A stretch of 64,000 bases of DNA from an uncultured Chloroflexia bacterium. Its GTDB lineage: Bacteria; Chloroflexota; Limnocylindria; Limnocylindrales; CSP1-4. A model generated the notes under the pieces. That model ran no database searches, had not been told where the DNA came from, and worked only from the letters and a program-made list of their open reading frames with translations. Each line of letters opens with the position of its first letter. The stretch's first letter is position 1. The DNA lies in the NCBI GenBank assembly GCA_963707215.1, contig CAVPPB010000002.1, forward strand, positions 256,001 to 320,000, written 5' to 3'. Both the position numbers and the translations under genes were made by a program. Positions 42,051 through 52,588 of this stretch are shown piece after piece.

Positions 42051-42125
42051 GGGCCCGTAGCTCAGGGGCAGAGCAGGGGACTTTTAATCCTCGTGTCGTG
42101 GGTTCGAATCCCACCGGGCCCTCCA
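42051..42125 (+). tRNA. tRNA-Lys(UUU)
   Basis: GGGCCCG/CGGGCCC acceptor stem, anticodon loop CT-TTT-AA, GGTTCGAATCC T-arm, encoded CCA. Confidence 0.95.
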
Positions 42126-42401
42126 TGCCCCAGGCCGACGACCACGTCCAGGCGGAGTCAGGAGGACCGACCGCACAGCGCGACGGAGGCTCGCAGCCCA
42201 TCGGACCCTTGGCGATGATGGCCGTACGAACCACGCTGTCCCACGCTGCGCCTCGGCGCGGATCGGACCGGACCGCATCCTGTTCATCCCCCGGATACGC
42301 CATGCTCACGGCGACGGAGCAGGGTCCGGCGCCTGGCGCCGGTCCGTCCGTCGACGGTCCTCCGTCGGAGCATCGCCATCGCCCTTCATGGAGGTCCTCA
42401 G

Positions 42402-43403
42402 ATGGGCTTCGATCTCAGGGACCGCAGCTTCGTCAAGCTGCTTGACTACTCTCCGAAGGAGATCCGCTTCCTGCTTGACCTGGCCGCCGACCTGAAGGCC
42501 GCCAAGTACGCCGGCACCGAGCAGCGGCGGCTGCGGGGCAAGAACATCGCCCTCATCTTCGAGAAGACCTCCACTCGGACCCGGGTGGCCTTCGAGGTGG
42601 CCGCCTACGACCAGGGCGCCCACGTCACCTACCTCGGCCCGAGCGGGACCCAGATCGGCCACAAGGAGTCGATGAAGGACACTGCCCGGGTCCTCGGCCG
42701 CATCTTCGACGGCATCGAGTACCGGGGCTTCGGGCAGGGGATCGTGGAGGAGCTCGCGGCCTACGCCGGCGTCCCGGTCTGGAACGGGCTGACCGACGAA
42801 TTCCACCCGACCCAGATCCTGGCCGACGTGCTGACGATGACCGAGCACAGCGACAAGCCGCTGACGCGCATCTCGTACTGCTACCTGGGCGACGCCCGCA
42901 ACAACATGGGCAACTCGCTGCTGGTCGGCGGGGCGAAGCTGGGGATGGACGTCCGGCTCTGCGCTCCACGGGCGCTCTGGCCCCACGAGGACCTCGTCGA
43001 GACCTGTCGGGGCATCGCCGCCGAGACCGGCGCCCGGATCACCCTGACCGAGGATCCGGCCGAGGGCGTCAAGGACGTCGATTTTCTCTACACGGACGTC
43101 TGGGTCTCCATGGGCGAGGATCCGTCGGTCTGGGAGGAGCGGGTCAGGCTCCTCAAGCCGTACCAGGTCAACGCGGACCTGGTCGCCCTGTCCGGCAACC
43201 CCGGCGTCAAGTTCCTGCACTGCCTGCCGGCCTTCCACGACCGCGAGACGAAGGTCGGCGAGGAGATGTACGAGCGCTTCGGGCTCGACGGCATGGAGGT
43301 CACCAACGACGTGTTCGAGTCAGAGCGCTCGATCGTCTGGGACCAGGCCGAGAACCGGATGCACACGATCAAGGCGGTCATGGTCGCGACGCTCGGCGAC
43401 TGA
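42402..43403 (+). CDS. argF: Ornithine carbamoyltransferase (probably catabolic, next to ADI)
   Basis: [34 protein letters not shown]. Confidence 0.95.
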   Translation: MGFDLRDRSFVKLLDYSPKEIRFLLDLAADLKAAKYAGTEQRRLRGKNIALIFEKTSTRTRVAFEVAAYDQGAHVTYLGPSGTQIGHKESMKDTARVLGRIFDGIEYRGFGQGIVEELAAYAGVPVWNGLTDEFHPTQILADVLTMTEHSDKPLTRISYCYLGDARNNMGNSLLVGGAKLGMDVRLCAPRALWPHEDLVETCRGIAAETGARITLTEDPAEGVKDVDFLYTDVWVSMGEDPSVWEERVRLLKPYQVNADLVALSGNPGVKFLHCLPAFHDRETKVGEEMYERFGLDGMEVTNDVFESERSIVWDQAENRMHTIKAVMVATLGD

Positions 43404-43540
43404 GCCGATCGGCTCGCTCGACGACCGGGCCTCGTCGACGGCACGGACGGCACGACCACCGTCCCCGCCAGTGGGGCCATGGCAGGATCGGAAACGGGTC
43501 GGCTCGCTGGCCGCCCGGGCCGTTGAAGGAGCGACGTGTC

Positions 43541-44800
43541 ATGACAGGGTTCGGGGTCCACTCCGAGGTCGGCAAGCTGCGCAAGGTCATCGTCCATCGG
43601 CCGGACCTCAGCCTGAGGCGGCTCACGCCCGGCAACCACGACGACCTGCTCTTCGACGACGTCCTGTGGGTCGAGCGGGCCAAGTGGGAGCACGACCAGT
43701 TCGTCGCCCGGATGCGCGAGCGCGGTGTCGAGGTCTTCTACGTCGAGGACCTCCTGACGGAGGCGCTGGCCGAGGACGAGGTCCGGCTCCGCCTGATCGA
43801 GGTCGTGACCCGCGAGCACGTCGTGGGCCCGACCCTCGTGGAGGAGGTCGCTGCGTGTCTGGCCGGATTCCCGCCGGACGTCCTGGCCGCTCACCTCATC
43901 GGGGGCCTGACCGTCGGCGAATCGGGGCTCGACCTGGGCCGCCTTGCCGGCGGCTCACTGATCGCGGCGGCGATCGAAGACGACACGACGTTCATCCTGC
44001 CGCCCCTCCCGAACACGCTCTTCACGCGCGACTCGTCGTGCTGGATCTACGGCGGCGTCTCAGTCAACCCGATGTTCTGGCCGGCTCGTCGTCGCGAGGC
44101 GTTCAACATGGCCGCCATCTACCGCGGCCACCCGATGTTCCGCGAGGCCGACTTCGAGTTCTGGTACCCGACGATGGGGGAGGACGAGCGGGTCCGGGCC
44201 GAGGACTTCGGCATGGCCTCATTGGAGGGCGGCGACGTCGAGGTCCTGGGACGTGGCACGGTGCTCATCGGCCTCTCCGAGCGGACCACCGGTCGGATGA
44301 TCGAGGAGATCGCACTGGCCCTCTTCGCCAGGGAGGCGGCCCAGCGCGTCATCGCCTGTGTGATGACCAGGGACCGGGCCCACATGCATCTCGACACCGT
44401 GTTCACCCTCCTTGACCTGGACAAGGCGACGGCCTATCCCAAGGTCGTCGAGGGGATCCGGGCGATCAGTCTTCGGCCGGGCGAGCGGCCCGGTACCCTC
44501 GACGTCCGGCCCGAGAGGGACCTCCTATCGGCGGTCACGGATGCCCTCGGCGTGCCGAAGCTGCACGTGGTCGAGACCGGCGGTGACGCCTACCAGCAGG
44601 CCCGTGAGCAATGGGACGACGGCAACAACGTCGTCGCCCTCGAGCCTGGCGTCGTCGTCGCTTACGAGCGGAACACGTTCACCATCTCGAAGATGCGCGA
44701 TGCCGGGGTCGAGGTCATCCCGATCGAGGGCTTCGAGCTGGGCAAGGGCCGCGGCGGTGGGCACTGCATGACCTGCCCGATCAGCCGCGACGCTGTCTGA
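43541..44800 (+). CDS. arcA: Arginine deiminase
   Basis: GVHSEVGKL, LLFDD, PNTLFTRD, EGGD, MHLDTV, GRGGGHCMTCP. Confidence 0.95.
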   Translation: MTGFGVHSEVGKLRKVIVHRPDLSLRRLTPGNHDDLLFDDVLWVERAKWEHDQFVARMRERGVEVFYVEDLLTEALAEDEVRLRLIEVVTREHVVGPTLVEEVAACLAGFPPDVLAAHLIGGLTVGESGLDLGRLAGGSLIAAAIEDDTTFILPPLPNTLFTRDSSCWIYGGVSVNPMFWPARRREAFNMAAIYRGHPMFREADFEFWYPTMGEDERVRAEDFGMASLEGGDVEVLGRGTVLIGLSERTTGRMIEEIALALFAREAAQRVIACVMTRDRAHMHLDTVFTLLDLDKATAYPKVVEGIRAISLRPGERPGTLDVRPERDLLSAVTDALGVPKLHVVETGGDAYQQAREQWDDGNNVVALEPGVVVAYERNTFTISKMRDAGVEVIPIEGFELGKGRGGGHCMTCPISRDAV

Positions 44801-44872
44801 GGGAGGGGCGGGTCCCGCACCTCGATCGGGCCGGCTCGTGAGCTGCCGCGTGCCCCTGCGCGGGACGATCGA

Positions 44873-45748
44873 TCAGAACGGCGTCGGGATGTACTTGAGC
44901 GGCAGGTCGGGCGAGGTGTGGCCAGCGCTCACCCTGCGCTTTGGCAGCTCCACCTCGCGAGGCTCGAGCGGCTCGTAGGGGACCTGGCTCAGCAGGTGGC
45001 TGATGATGTTGAGCCGCCCCCGCTTCTTGTCGTCGGTGCGGGCGATCCACCAGGGCGCCCACGGTGTGTCGGTCGCCGCCAGCATGGCGTCCCGGGCCCG
45101 CGAGTAGTCGTCCCAGCGGCCGTACGACTTGAGGTCCATGTCGGTCAACTTCCAGACCTTGCGGGGGTCGTTGATGCGGCCCTCGAGGCGGCGGGTCTGC
45201 TCCTCGGGGCTGACCTCCAGCCAGTACTTGAGGAGGATGATCCCGGACTCGACCATCGCCCTCTCGACGGCCGGTGCCTGCTCGAGGAACTTCTCGGTCT
45301 CCTCGGGAGTGCAGAAGCCCATGACCCGCTCGACCCCGGCCCGGTTGTACCAGCTGCGGTCGAAGATCACGACCTCGCCGCCCGCTGGGAAGTGCGGCAG
45401 GTAGCGCTGGACGTACATCTGGGACTTCTCGCGCTCGGTCGGGGCGGACAGGGCGACGACCTTGAAGACCCGCGGGCTGACCCGCTCGGTGATCCGCTTG
45501 ATGGTGCCGCCCTTGCCGGCGGTGTCCCGGCCCTCGAAGACGATGCAGACCTTGGCCCCGGTCGCCTTGACCCACTCCTGCATCGCCACGAGCTCGCCGT
45601 GGAGGCGGGTCATCTCCCGCTCGTAGTCCTTGGTCTTCATCTTCGGCGGGGGCCCGCCCGGGGACGGCTCGGATTCGCCGCCCGGGACGTCGCGGGGCGC
45701 CTGGTCCTCATGCGGCTTCCGACCCTTCTTGTCCCTCTTCTTGGTCAC
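44873..45748 (-). CDS. ppk2: Polyphosphate kinase 2
   Basis: FEGRDTAGKGG, FDRSWYNRAGVERVMG, KYWL; GGAGG RBS before GTG. Confidence 0.93.
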   Translation of the reverse strand: MTKKRDKKGRKPHEDQAPRDVPGGESEPSPGGPPPKMKTKDYEREMTRLHGELVAMQEWVKATGAKVCIVFEGRDTAGKGGTIKRITERVSPRVFKVVALSAPTEREKSQMYVQRYLPHFPAGGEVVIFDRSWYNRAGVERVMGFCTPEETEKFLEQAPAVERAMVESGIILLKYWLEVSPEEQTRRLEGRINDPRKVWKLTDMDLKSYGRWDDYSRARDAMLAATDTPWAPWWIARTDDKKRGRLNIISHLLSQVPYEPLEPREVELPKRRVSAGHTSPDLPLKYIPTPF

Positions 45749-45889
45749 GTTCTCGTCCTCCACTCGGCTCGTCGATATCGGATCCGGCTGCGGCACAGCC
45801 AGACACCTGGACGTCCGGGAGCTGGCTCGGCGGCGCCGGCTATGCCGGTCCGCCGCCGCTGCGCGGCTCCGGGACTTCGGTCCGTAGCA

Positions 45890-48652
45890 CTACGCAGTGA
45901 CGGCCACCGCCTCCGGCTCGGCCGCGACCGTCTTCTCCACCGGTTCGACCTGCCAGACGAGCTTGCGGATCTCGGAGACCACGATCACCAGCAGGCCGAC
46001 GACGATGCAGACAGCCCACTGCTCGATGGTCAGGCTGGTCGTGCTCAGCAACCGAGTGAGGACGCCCAGCTCGGTCATCAGCAGGATCGTCGCCATCGAG
46101 GCCAGGCTGGCGAGGATGAACGGGCGGTCCGCCAGGACGCCGAGGCTGAAGGCCGAGTTGCGCTCGTCCTTGGTCGCCAGCGAGAAGGCCAGGTTGCCGA
46201 TCGAGAAGGTGACCATGCCCATGGTCCGGGCGATCGTGTCGTCGTAGGTCTGGCTCGCCCAGTAGATGACGGCCAGCGAGCCCCCGCCCATGACCAGCCC
46301 CATGATGGCGAGCCAGATGAGCATCGGACGGTCGAGGAGCGCTTCCTTGGAAGGCCTCGGCAGGCGCTCCATCAGCCCTGTGGCCGGTTTGCCGAAGCCG
46401 AGGGCGATGGCCTGGAAGACCTGGATGGTGAAGTTCATGAACAGGGTCTGGGCCGGGTAGAACGGGACGCCGCCCAGGACGTTCAGGAGGCTGGAGCCCA
46501 GGAACGTCGCGATGTAGCCGATCAGGACGGCGACCTGGAACCGGATGTACTTCTTGAGGTTGTCGTAGAGGCCGCGCCCCAGCTCGACCGCCTTCACGAT
46601 CGTCGCGAAGTTGTCGTCGGTCAGGATCATGTTGGCGGCTTCCTTGGAGACCTCCGTGCCGGTGATCCCCATGGCCACGCCGATGTCGGCGCGCTTCAGC
46701 GCCGGGGCGTCGTTCACGCCGTCGCCGGTCATGGCCACGATGTGGTCCTTCTTGCGCAGGATGTCGACCAGGTGGACCTTGTCCTCGGGAGCCACCCGGG
46801 CGATGACACCGATGCCGTCGATCTCGCGCATGGCCTCGTCGTCGCTCATCGCCCGGAACTCGGCGCCGGTGATGGCCCGGCCCCGGATGCCGAGCTCGCT
46901 GGCGATCGCCCCCGCCGTCACGGCATGGTCGCCAGTGATCATCCGGACCTGGATGCCGGCGGCGTGGGCCTCCTTGATCGATGCCTTGGCCTCCGTCCGC
47001 GGCGGGTCGACGATGCCGACGAGGGCCAGCAGCGTCATCCCGTCGAGGAGGGGCAGGAGGTCGGCGTCCGGGTCGAAGGTGGACGGGTCGAAGTCCTTGC
47101 GGCCGGTCGCCATCACCCGGAGACCCTTGGCGCCCAGGCGCTCGTTCTCGTCCATGTAGCGCTGGCGGAGGTCGTCGTCCACTAGCCGGGTGCCGGACAG
47201 GTCGGGGGTGACTACCTCCGTGCCACGGGCCAGGAGCTGGTCGGGTGCGCCCTTCACGAAGCAGCGGACGACCTCGTTGCCGGACTCGTCCGTCATCCGG
47301 TGGAAGGTGGCCATCATCTTGTACTCGGCGTCGAACGGCAGCGTCGCGACCCGCGGGTAGGTCTCCCGGGTGGCGACGGTGCTGACCCCGCCCTTCTCGG
47401 CGAGGACCACCAGCGCTCCCTCCGTCGGGTCGCCGATCAGCTCGCCGTCCTTGACGACGGCGTCCGAGGCCAGGACGCAGGGCAGGAGGAACGGGTCGAG
47501 CGGGACGTCGACATCGCCGCCGACCCTGCTGATGGTGCCCTCGAACCCATAGCCCGTGCCCGAGACCGTGTGGCGCCGACCGGGGATCGTCAGCTCGGTG
47601 GCGGTCATCTGGTTGAGGGTCAGGGTGCCGGTCTTGTCCGAGTTGATGGCCGACGTCGACCCGAGGGTCTCGACGGAGCGCAGCTGCTTGACGATGGCGT
47701 GGGCCTTGGCGAGGGTCTGCGTGCCGTACGAGAGGATCGTGGTGATGACGGCCGGCAGGCCCGTCGGGATGGCCGAGACGGCGAAGGCGATGGCGGTGAC
47801 GAACAGGACGTCGAACGGCTGGTCGTACCGGAAGTAGCCGATCGCGATGGAGGCGATGAGGGCGACACCGGCGATGATCAGCAGCTGCTGGGTCAGGACG
47901 TTGATCTGGCGGGTGAGCGGGGTCTCCTCCTCGGGGGCCTCCTGGAGCATCCCGGAGATGTGGCCGACCTCGGTGCTCATGCCCGTCGCGGTGACCAGCA
48001 TCTCCCCGGAGCCGCGGGTGACGTTCGTGTTCATGAAGGCCATGTCGACGCGGTCGCCCAGCGCGGCATCGGCGGCGACCGGAGCGACCTGCTTCGATGC
48101 CGGCAGGCTCTCGCCGGTCAGGGCGGCCTCCTCGAGCTCGACGGTCGCGGCCTTGATGAGCCTTCCGTCAGCGGTGATGACGTCCCCGGCCTCGAAGGCG
48201 ACGATGTCGCCGGGGACCAGCTCCTCGGCCGGGATCTCCACCAACTCGCCGTCGCGACGGACCCGCGCCTTGACGATCATCATCTGCTGGAGGGCGGCCA
48301 CGGCGGCCGCGGCCTTGCCCTCCTGGCTAAGGCCGAGGTAGGCGTTGAAGACCGTCAGCACGATGAGCATCACGCCGGTCGAGACCTGGCCGACCGGCCA
48401 GATGCTGGCGATGCCGGCGACCAGCAGGACGATCTGCATCAGGTCCGCGTACTGGCGCAGGAAGGCCCGCCAGCGCGGCTCGGTCTCCTGCTCGGCGAAC
48501 TTGTTGGGTCCATAGGTCGAGCGTCGCGACGTGACCTCGACGGCGCTCAGGCCCCGCGCAGGATCGACACCCTGCGCTGCGAGCGCCTCCTCCACGGACA
48601 GGGCATGCCAGGCGGTCGTGGGCGCCGCAGGGGCCCCCGGTTGCTCGCTCAT
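45890..48652 (-). CDS. P-type ATPase, P2A-like scaffold with atypical membrane ion-binding site
   Basis: TGES, DKTGT, KGAP, DPPR, MITGD, GDGVNDAPALK; M4 is IPTGLP. Confidence 0.92.
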   Translation of the reverse strand: MSEQPGAPAAPTTAWHALSVEEALAAQGVDPARGLSAVEVTSRRSTYGPNKFAEQETEPRWRAFLRQYADLMQIVLLVAGIASIWPVGQVSTGVMLIVLTVFNAYLGLSQEGKAAAAVAALQQMMIVKARVRRDGELVEIPAEELVPGDIVAFEAGDVITADGRLIKAATVELEEAALTGESLPASKQVAPVAADAALGDRVDMAFMNTNVTRGSGEMLVTATGMSTEVGHISGMLQEAPEEETPLTRQINVLTQQLLIIAGVALIASIAIGYFRYDQPFDVLFVTAIAFAVSAIPTGLPAVITTILSYGTQTLAKAHAIVKQLRSVETLGSTSAINSDKTGTLTLNQMTATELTIPGRRHTVSGTGYGFEGTISRVGGDVDVPLDPFLLPCVLASDAVVKDGELIGDPTEGALVVLAEKGGVSTVATRETYPRVATLPFDAEYKMMATFHRMTDESGNEVVRCFVKGAPDQLLARGTEVVTPDLSGTRLVDDDLRQRYMDENERLGAKGLRVMATGRKDFDPSTFDPDADLLPLLDGMTLLALVGIVDPPRTEAKASIKEAHAAGIQVRMITGDHAVTAGAIASELGIRGRAITGAEFRAMSDDEAMREIDGIGVIARVAPEDKVHLVDILRKKDHIVAMTGDGVNDAPALKRADIGVAMGITGTEVSKEAANMILTDDNFATIVKAVELGRGLYDNLKKYIRFQVAVLIGYIATFLGSSLLNVLGGVPFYPAQTLFMNFTIQVFQAIALGFGKPATGLMERLPRPSKEALLDRPMLIWLAIMGLVMGGGSLAVIYWASQTYDDTIARTMGMVTFSIGNLAFSLATKDERNSAFSLGVLADRPFILASLASMATILLMTELGVLTRLLSTTSLTIEQWAVCIVVGLLVIVVSEIRKLVWQVEPVEKTVAAEPEAVAVTA

Positions 48653-48911
48653 CGTCTCCCTCGCTTCATGCGCACCGGCCCCGGCCCCGGGATCGGTCTC
48701 GAGCCAGTGTCCGAAGATGCTACCCCACGGGTCCGGGCCGACTCCGGGCCATGAGGCCCGGACGCCTGTCGCCACTAGACCCGATGGCGCGACGACGCGC
48801 ATCCTCCCTTTGGGGGGGGTATGGGACCGGCCCTGGACGCCGCGTGCGCTCGGGCGGGGCGCGACGCATCCGTCGGTGGGTCGGTCGGCGACCGAACCCG
48901 CCGATCCCCGC

Positions 48912-49715
48912 TCAGCCCAGTGAGAGCCCCTCGCCGTCGCCGAGTGGTCCGACGGGAGGGGCACCGGCCGGCAGCCAGCGGACCGATCCTGGCCCGTGGA
49001 CCCGCCAGGTGCGGCTGCGGTCCCCATCGCGTCCCTCCATCCGCTCCGTCGCTTCGACGACGGGCTCGCGGATGATGCCGGTCGCCTCGTCGAGGCCCAG
49101 CCAGCCCGGTGCATCCCGGCCGGCCGCCGTGGCTACGGAGGCTGCCCAGATGACCTGCCGGCCGCCGTCGAAGTGGGGGACCACGGCCACGCCGGGGATC
49201 AGGCCGAGGGCCCGACGCGGTCCCTCCTGCGTCCACGTCCAGCCGCCCAGGACCATGGCACCGGCACTGGCCCCGGCGACCGCGGCCCCTCGAGCGTGGG
49301 CAGCCAGGATGGCCCTCCACGCGAGGCCCTCCTCGAGGACGTCGAGGAGGTGGCTCGGGTCCCCGCCGACGAGGTAGACGACGTCGGCCCCAGCCAGCCG
49401 GCCGGCCGGGCCGCTCCGATCGGCATCCTCCCGCTCGAGGACGCCGATCCCCTCGACGCGCACGGGGATGCCGGTCTCGCCGGCCGCCTGCTCGAAGGCG
49501 GTCCGTCCGTGGGCGACGGCCAGGTCCGGTCGGCTCCGCGCGGCGGCCGTCGGCACGATCGCGACCCCCAGTCCGTCGGCGTCCCCGGCCGTGCCCACAC
49601 AGGCCCGGTCGCGGGGCCCGCGCGAGGCTGAGGCTGCCTTGAGCAGCGCCCCCAGGAAGCGCCCGTCGTCAGGTCCGAACTCGCCGCCGCCGTGCAGGCC
49701 GATCGGCCCGCTCAC
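48912..49715 (-). CDS. Peptidase S51 (cyanophycinase/dipeptidase E-like)
   Basis: LHGGGEF, IVPTAA, YLVGG, GASAGA (nucleophile Ser), VVPHFD, GLDEAT. Confidence 0.8.
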   Translation of the reverse strand: MSGPIGLHGGGEFGPDDGRFLGALLKAASASRGPRDRACVGTAGDADGLGVAIVPTAAARSRPDLAVAHGRTAFEQAAGETGIPVRVEGIGVLEREDADRSGPAGRLAGADVVYLVGGDPSHLLDVLEEGLAWRAILAAHARGAAVAGASAGAMVLGGWTWTQEGPRRALGLIPGVAVVPHFDGGRQVIWAASVATAAGRDAPGWLGLDEATGIIREPVVEATERMEGRDGDRSRTWRVHGPGSVRWLPAGAPPVGPLGDGEGLSLG

Positions 49716-50089
49716 CGTCCGCGCTTCGGCTCGGTGCCCTCGCCGCCGTCGGATCCCGTGGGCTCCCCGGACGGCTCGGGCCCCTCGGACGGCGGGGTCA
49801 CGTCCTTGATCCTGGGCTGGGCGGGCAGGGGTGGCGATCTGCGCCCGAGGAGCCGGTCCAGGCCCGGACCCAGCGTCACGAACGGGGCCAGGAAGCCGAT
49901 GATGAGGATCGGGACCAGGAAGCGGGCCGGCCCCCGGACCACGGCCGCCGCGACGGCCAGGGTGAGCATCGCCACGTAGTAGGCAAGCAGCGCCTGCTGG
50001 CTCCAGCCGGCCAGGTAGAGGCGGCGGGTCGGGATGACCATGACGAGGGCCAGGATCCCGACGAGCGCGAGCAGGATGAGTGGCGACAC
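49712..50089 (-). CDS. Small hypothetical membrane protein (3 TM)
   Basis: Hydrophobic helices; TATCAT 7 nt before GTG; GTGA coupling to the S51 gene. Confidence 0.65.
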   Translation of the reverse strand: MSPLILLALVGILALVMVIPTRRLYLAGWSQQALLAYYVAMLTLAVAAAVVRGPARFLVPILIIGFLAPFVTLGPGLDRLLGRRSPPLPAQPRIKDVTPPSEGPEPSGEPTGSDGGEGTEPKRGR

Positions 50090-50307
50090 TTCCCTGATGA
50101 TACGGGCAGGGGGATCGCGGCCGGCGCAGCCGGACGAGCCGGCCGACCGGGCGCCGGAGCGGCGCGGTCGGCCCATCTGGTGGTGACCGTCCGGGGCACC
50201 TCCTGTCACTTGGTCCCTTCCCGGGCGTCTTCACGGTGCTGGGCTACGATGGAGGCGACCGTTCCAGGGCCATCCCGGTGCCATCCCGGGCCGTCGGGGT
50301 CCCGATC

Positions 50308-51678
50308 ATGATCGATACGCTGCTCCGGCGACCGCGGGCGTGGATCGTCCGCTGGCGCCCCGTCCTGCCACTCCTCGCCGCCGAGCTCGTCGTGTGGCTC
50401 GGCTTCGGCGCGCTCCTGCCGGTCCTGCCGCTCTACTTCCGTGACCACGGCGTGGACCTGGCCACGATGGGGATCGTCATCGCCGCCTGGCCGGCGGCGC
50501 GGCTGGCGGCCGAGCCGGCCTTCGGCTGGCTGGCCGACCGGACCCGGCGGGTGCCGCTCATGCTGGCCGGCCTGCTCGTCTTCGCGGCGGCGACCGCCCT
50601 GCCGCTCGTCTTCGTCGGTCCGGCGGCCTTCCTCGTCCTGCGTGCCGTGGCCGGGCTCGCCTCGGCGGCCTACGACCCGGCTGCCCGCGGCTACCTGGCC
50701 GACGCCGTGCCCCTGGAGCGTCGCGCGGAGGCCTTCGGGATCTACGGCGCCGCCCAGATGGGCGGTCTGCTCCTGGGACCCGCGATCGGCGCCCTCGGCG
50801 CCGGGCTCTTCGGCGGCTACGAGTTCGTCTTCGGCTTCTGTGCCGTCGCCGCGGTCGTCGGCGCGATCGGGGTCGGCCTCTTCGTCAAGGAGCTCCGAGC
50901 TCCCCGGACGGCGAGCCATCCGCCCGGAGCGGGGATCGCCGGCCTGCCCATCGACGAGCCGGTCCTCTCCGAGGCGGCCGGCCGCGGCCTGGTCGAGCCG
51001 ATCGCCGAGCTGCCGTCCGATGCCGCGCGACGGCCGCCCAGCCTCCGCAACCGGATCCTCCTGGCGGCTCTCGTCATCCAGTTCGGGAGCCTCTACGCGA
51101 CCGGCGTATACGAGGTGATGTGGAGCCTGTTCCTCGAGTCCCGGGGCGCCGGGCTCGACCTGATCGGGCTGACCTTCATGATGTTCGGCGTCCCGATCCT
51201 GCTCCTCTCGCCGTACGCGGGGCGCCTGGCCGATCGCCGTGGGACCCTCGGCTTCGTCGTTCTCGGCTCGGTCGTGGCGGCGATCGCGGGGGTGCTCTAC
51301 ACGATCGTCCCGGAGGTCTGGATGGTCGTCCCGGTCATCCTGATGGAGTCGGCCGGGATCGCCTTCCTGGGCCCGGCCCTGTTCGCCATCGTGGCCGCGG
51401 GCAGCCCGGTCGGCCGATCGTCGACCGCCCAGGGGATCTTCGGGGCCGCGGGGACGATGGGCACGATCGTTGCCGCCCTGTCGGCCGGGTTCCTCGCGGA
51501 GATCGACCTGCGGCTACCGTTCTGGGCGTTCTCGGCGGTCGTGCTCGTGAGCCTCGCCATCGGCCTCGCCATCGGCGGTCGGTCGATCGCCGCCATCCAA
51601 CCGAACGCAGGCGACCGGGATCCCGCCTCGGCCATTCCCGGGGAGCCCGTCACCGCCGTCGGGGAGGCGCTGCCGTGA
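50308..51678 (+). CDS. MFS transporter (TetA/DHA1-like)
   Basis: GWLADRTRR and GRLADRRG motif A, about 12 TM. Confidence 0.9.
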   Translation: MIDTLLRRPRAWIVRWRPVLPLLAAELVVWLGFGALLPVLPLYFRDHGVDLATMGIVIAAWPAARLAAEPAFGWLADRTRRVPLMLAGLLVFAAATALPLVFVGPAAFLVLRAVAGLASAAYDPAARGYLADAVPLERRAEAFGIYGAAQMGGLLLGPAIGALGAGLFGGYEFVFGFCAVAAVVGAIGVGLFVKELRAPRTASHPPGAGIAGLPIDEPVLSEAAGRGLVEPIAELPSDAARRPPSLRNRILLAALVIQFGSLYATGVYEVMWSLFLESRGAGLDLIGLTFMMFGVPILLLSPYAGRLADRRGTLGFVVLGSVVAAIAGVLYTIVPEVWMVVPVILMESAGIAFLGPALFAIVAAGSPVGRSSTAQGIFGAAGTMGTIVAALSAGFLAEIDLRLPFWAFSAVVLVSLAIGLAIGGRSIAAIQPNAGDRDPASAIPGEPVTAVGEALP

Positions 51679-52580
51679 CCCGTCCCTCCGCGCTGGAGCC
51701 GATGCCGGGAGCGGGTCCACGGTCCTGGAGCGACGACCCGATGCGCGTGACCCCGGTCGTCCTCGTCATCGGCGGCTTCCTGTCCTCACCACCGATGCAC
51801 GCCGGCTTCCGCCGACGGCTCCTGGATCGTGGCGCGGCCGACGTCGTCGTGGCCCCGCTCTGGCTGCCGGATTGGCTGCTGGCGGCCTACCGCCACGATG
51901 CCGGCCGGCTCGTGACCCGGGCCGGCCGGGCACTGCTCGAGGCTGGTCGGCGGTCGGGCGCTTCGCCGGCATCCCGTGGCGCCCCGGTCCTCGTCGTCGG
52001 GCACTCGGCCGGTGGCGGTCTGGCCCGGCTGTTGACCTCGCCGGAGCCGTTCGAGGGTCGGCGTCTGGGAGCTGCCGGGAGGATCGGAGCGCTGGTGACC
52101 CTGGGAACGCCCAATCACGTCCACCCGTCCGGCGACTTCGGCGGGCGCCTGTCGACGGTGGCGACGACGTTCCTCGACCGCGTCGCCCCCGGGCCTGCCT
52201 TCGCGCCGACGACCGGATACCTGACGGTGGGCTCGCGTGTGGACGTCGCCCATCGGCACGGGGATCGCGGCGAGCGACGCCAGCACCGCTTCTACGCCGG
52301 GCTCATCGGCCCCGGGGCGCCCGACGAGATCCGTGGCGACGGGGTGGTGCCGCTCGAGTGCGCCCTGCTCCACGACACGCCGGCCATCGTCTTCGACGAC
52401 ATCTACCACGGACCCGGGGGGATCTGGTACGGCAGCCGTCGGGCGCTCGACGGCTGGTGGCCGGCGGCCCTGGAGACCTGGCGGGCCGCGCTCGTCGCCC
52501 GGCTGGAGCGGCCGGCCGCGTCGCTCGATCCGGATGGGCCGCCGCTCCGCGCGTTTGACGGCGCGCCGGTCGGCGGCTAG
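51675..52580 (+). CDS. Alpha/beta hydrolase (PGAP1/lipase-like)
   Basis: VVGHSAGG, LVTLGTP, GDGVVP, H in IYHG; GTGA overlap. Confidence 0.8.
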   Translation: MTRPSALEPMPGAGPRSWSDDPMRVTPVVLVIGGFLSSPPMHAGFRRRLLDRGAADVVVAPLWLPDWLLAAYRHDAGRLVTRAGRALLEAGRRSGASPASRGAPVLVVGHSAGGGLARLLTSPEPFEGRRLGAAGRIGALVTLGTPNHVHPSGDFGGRLSTVATTFLDRVAPGPAFAPTTGYLTVGSRVDVAHRHGDRGERRQHRFYAGLIGPGAPDEIRGDGVVPLECALLHDTPAIVFDDIYHGPGGIWYGSRRALDGWWPAALETWRAALVARLERPAASLDPDGPPLRAFDGAPVGG

Positions 52581-52588
52581 GATTCTTT

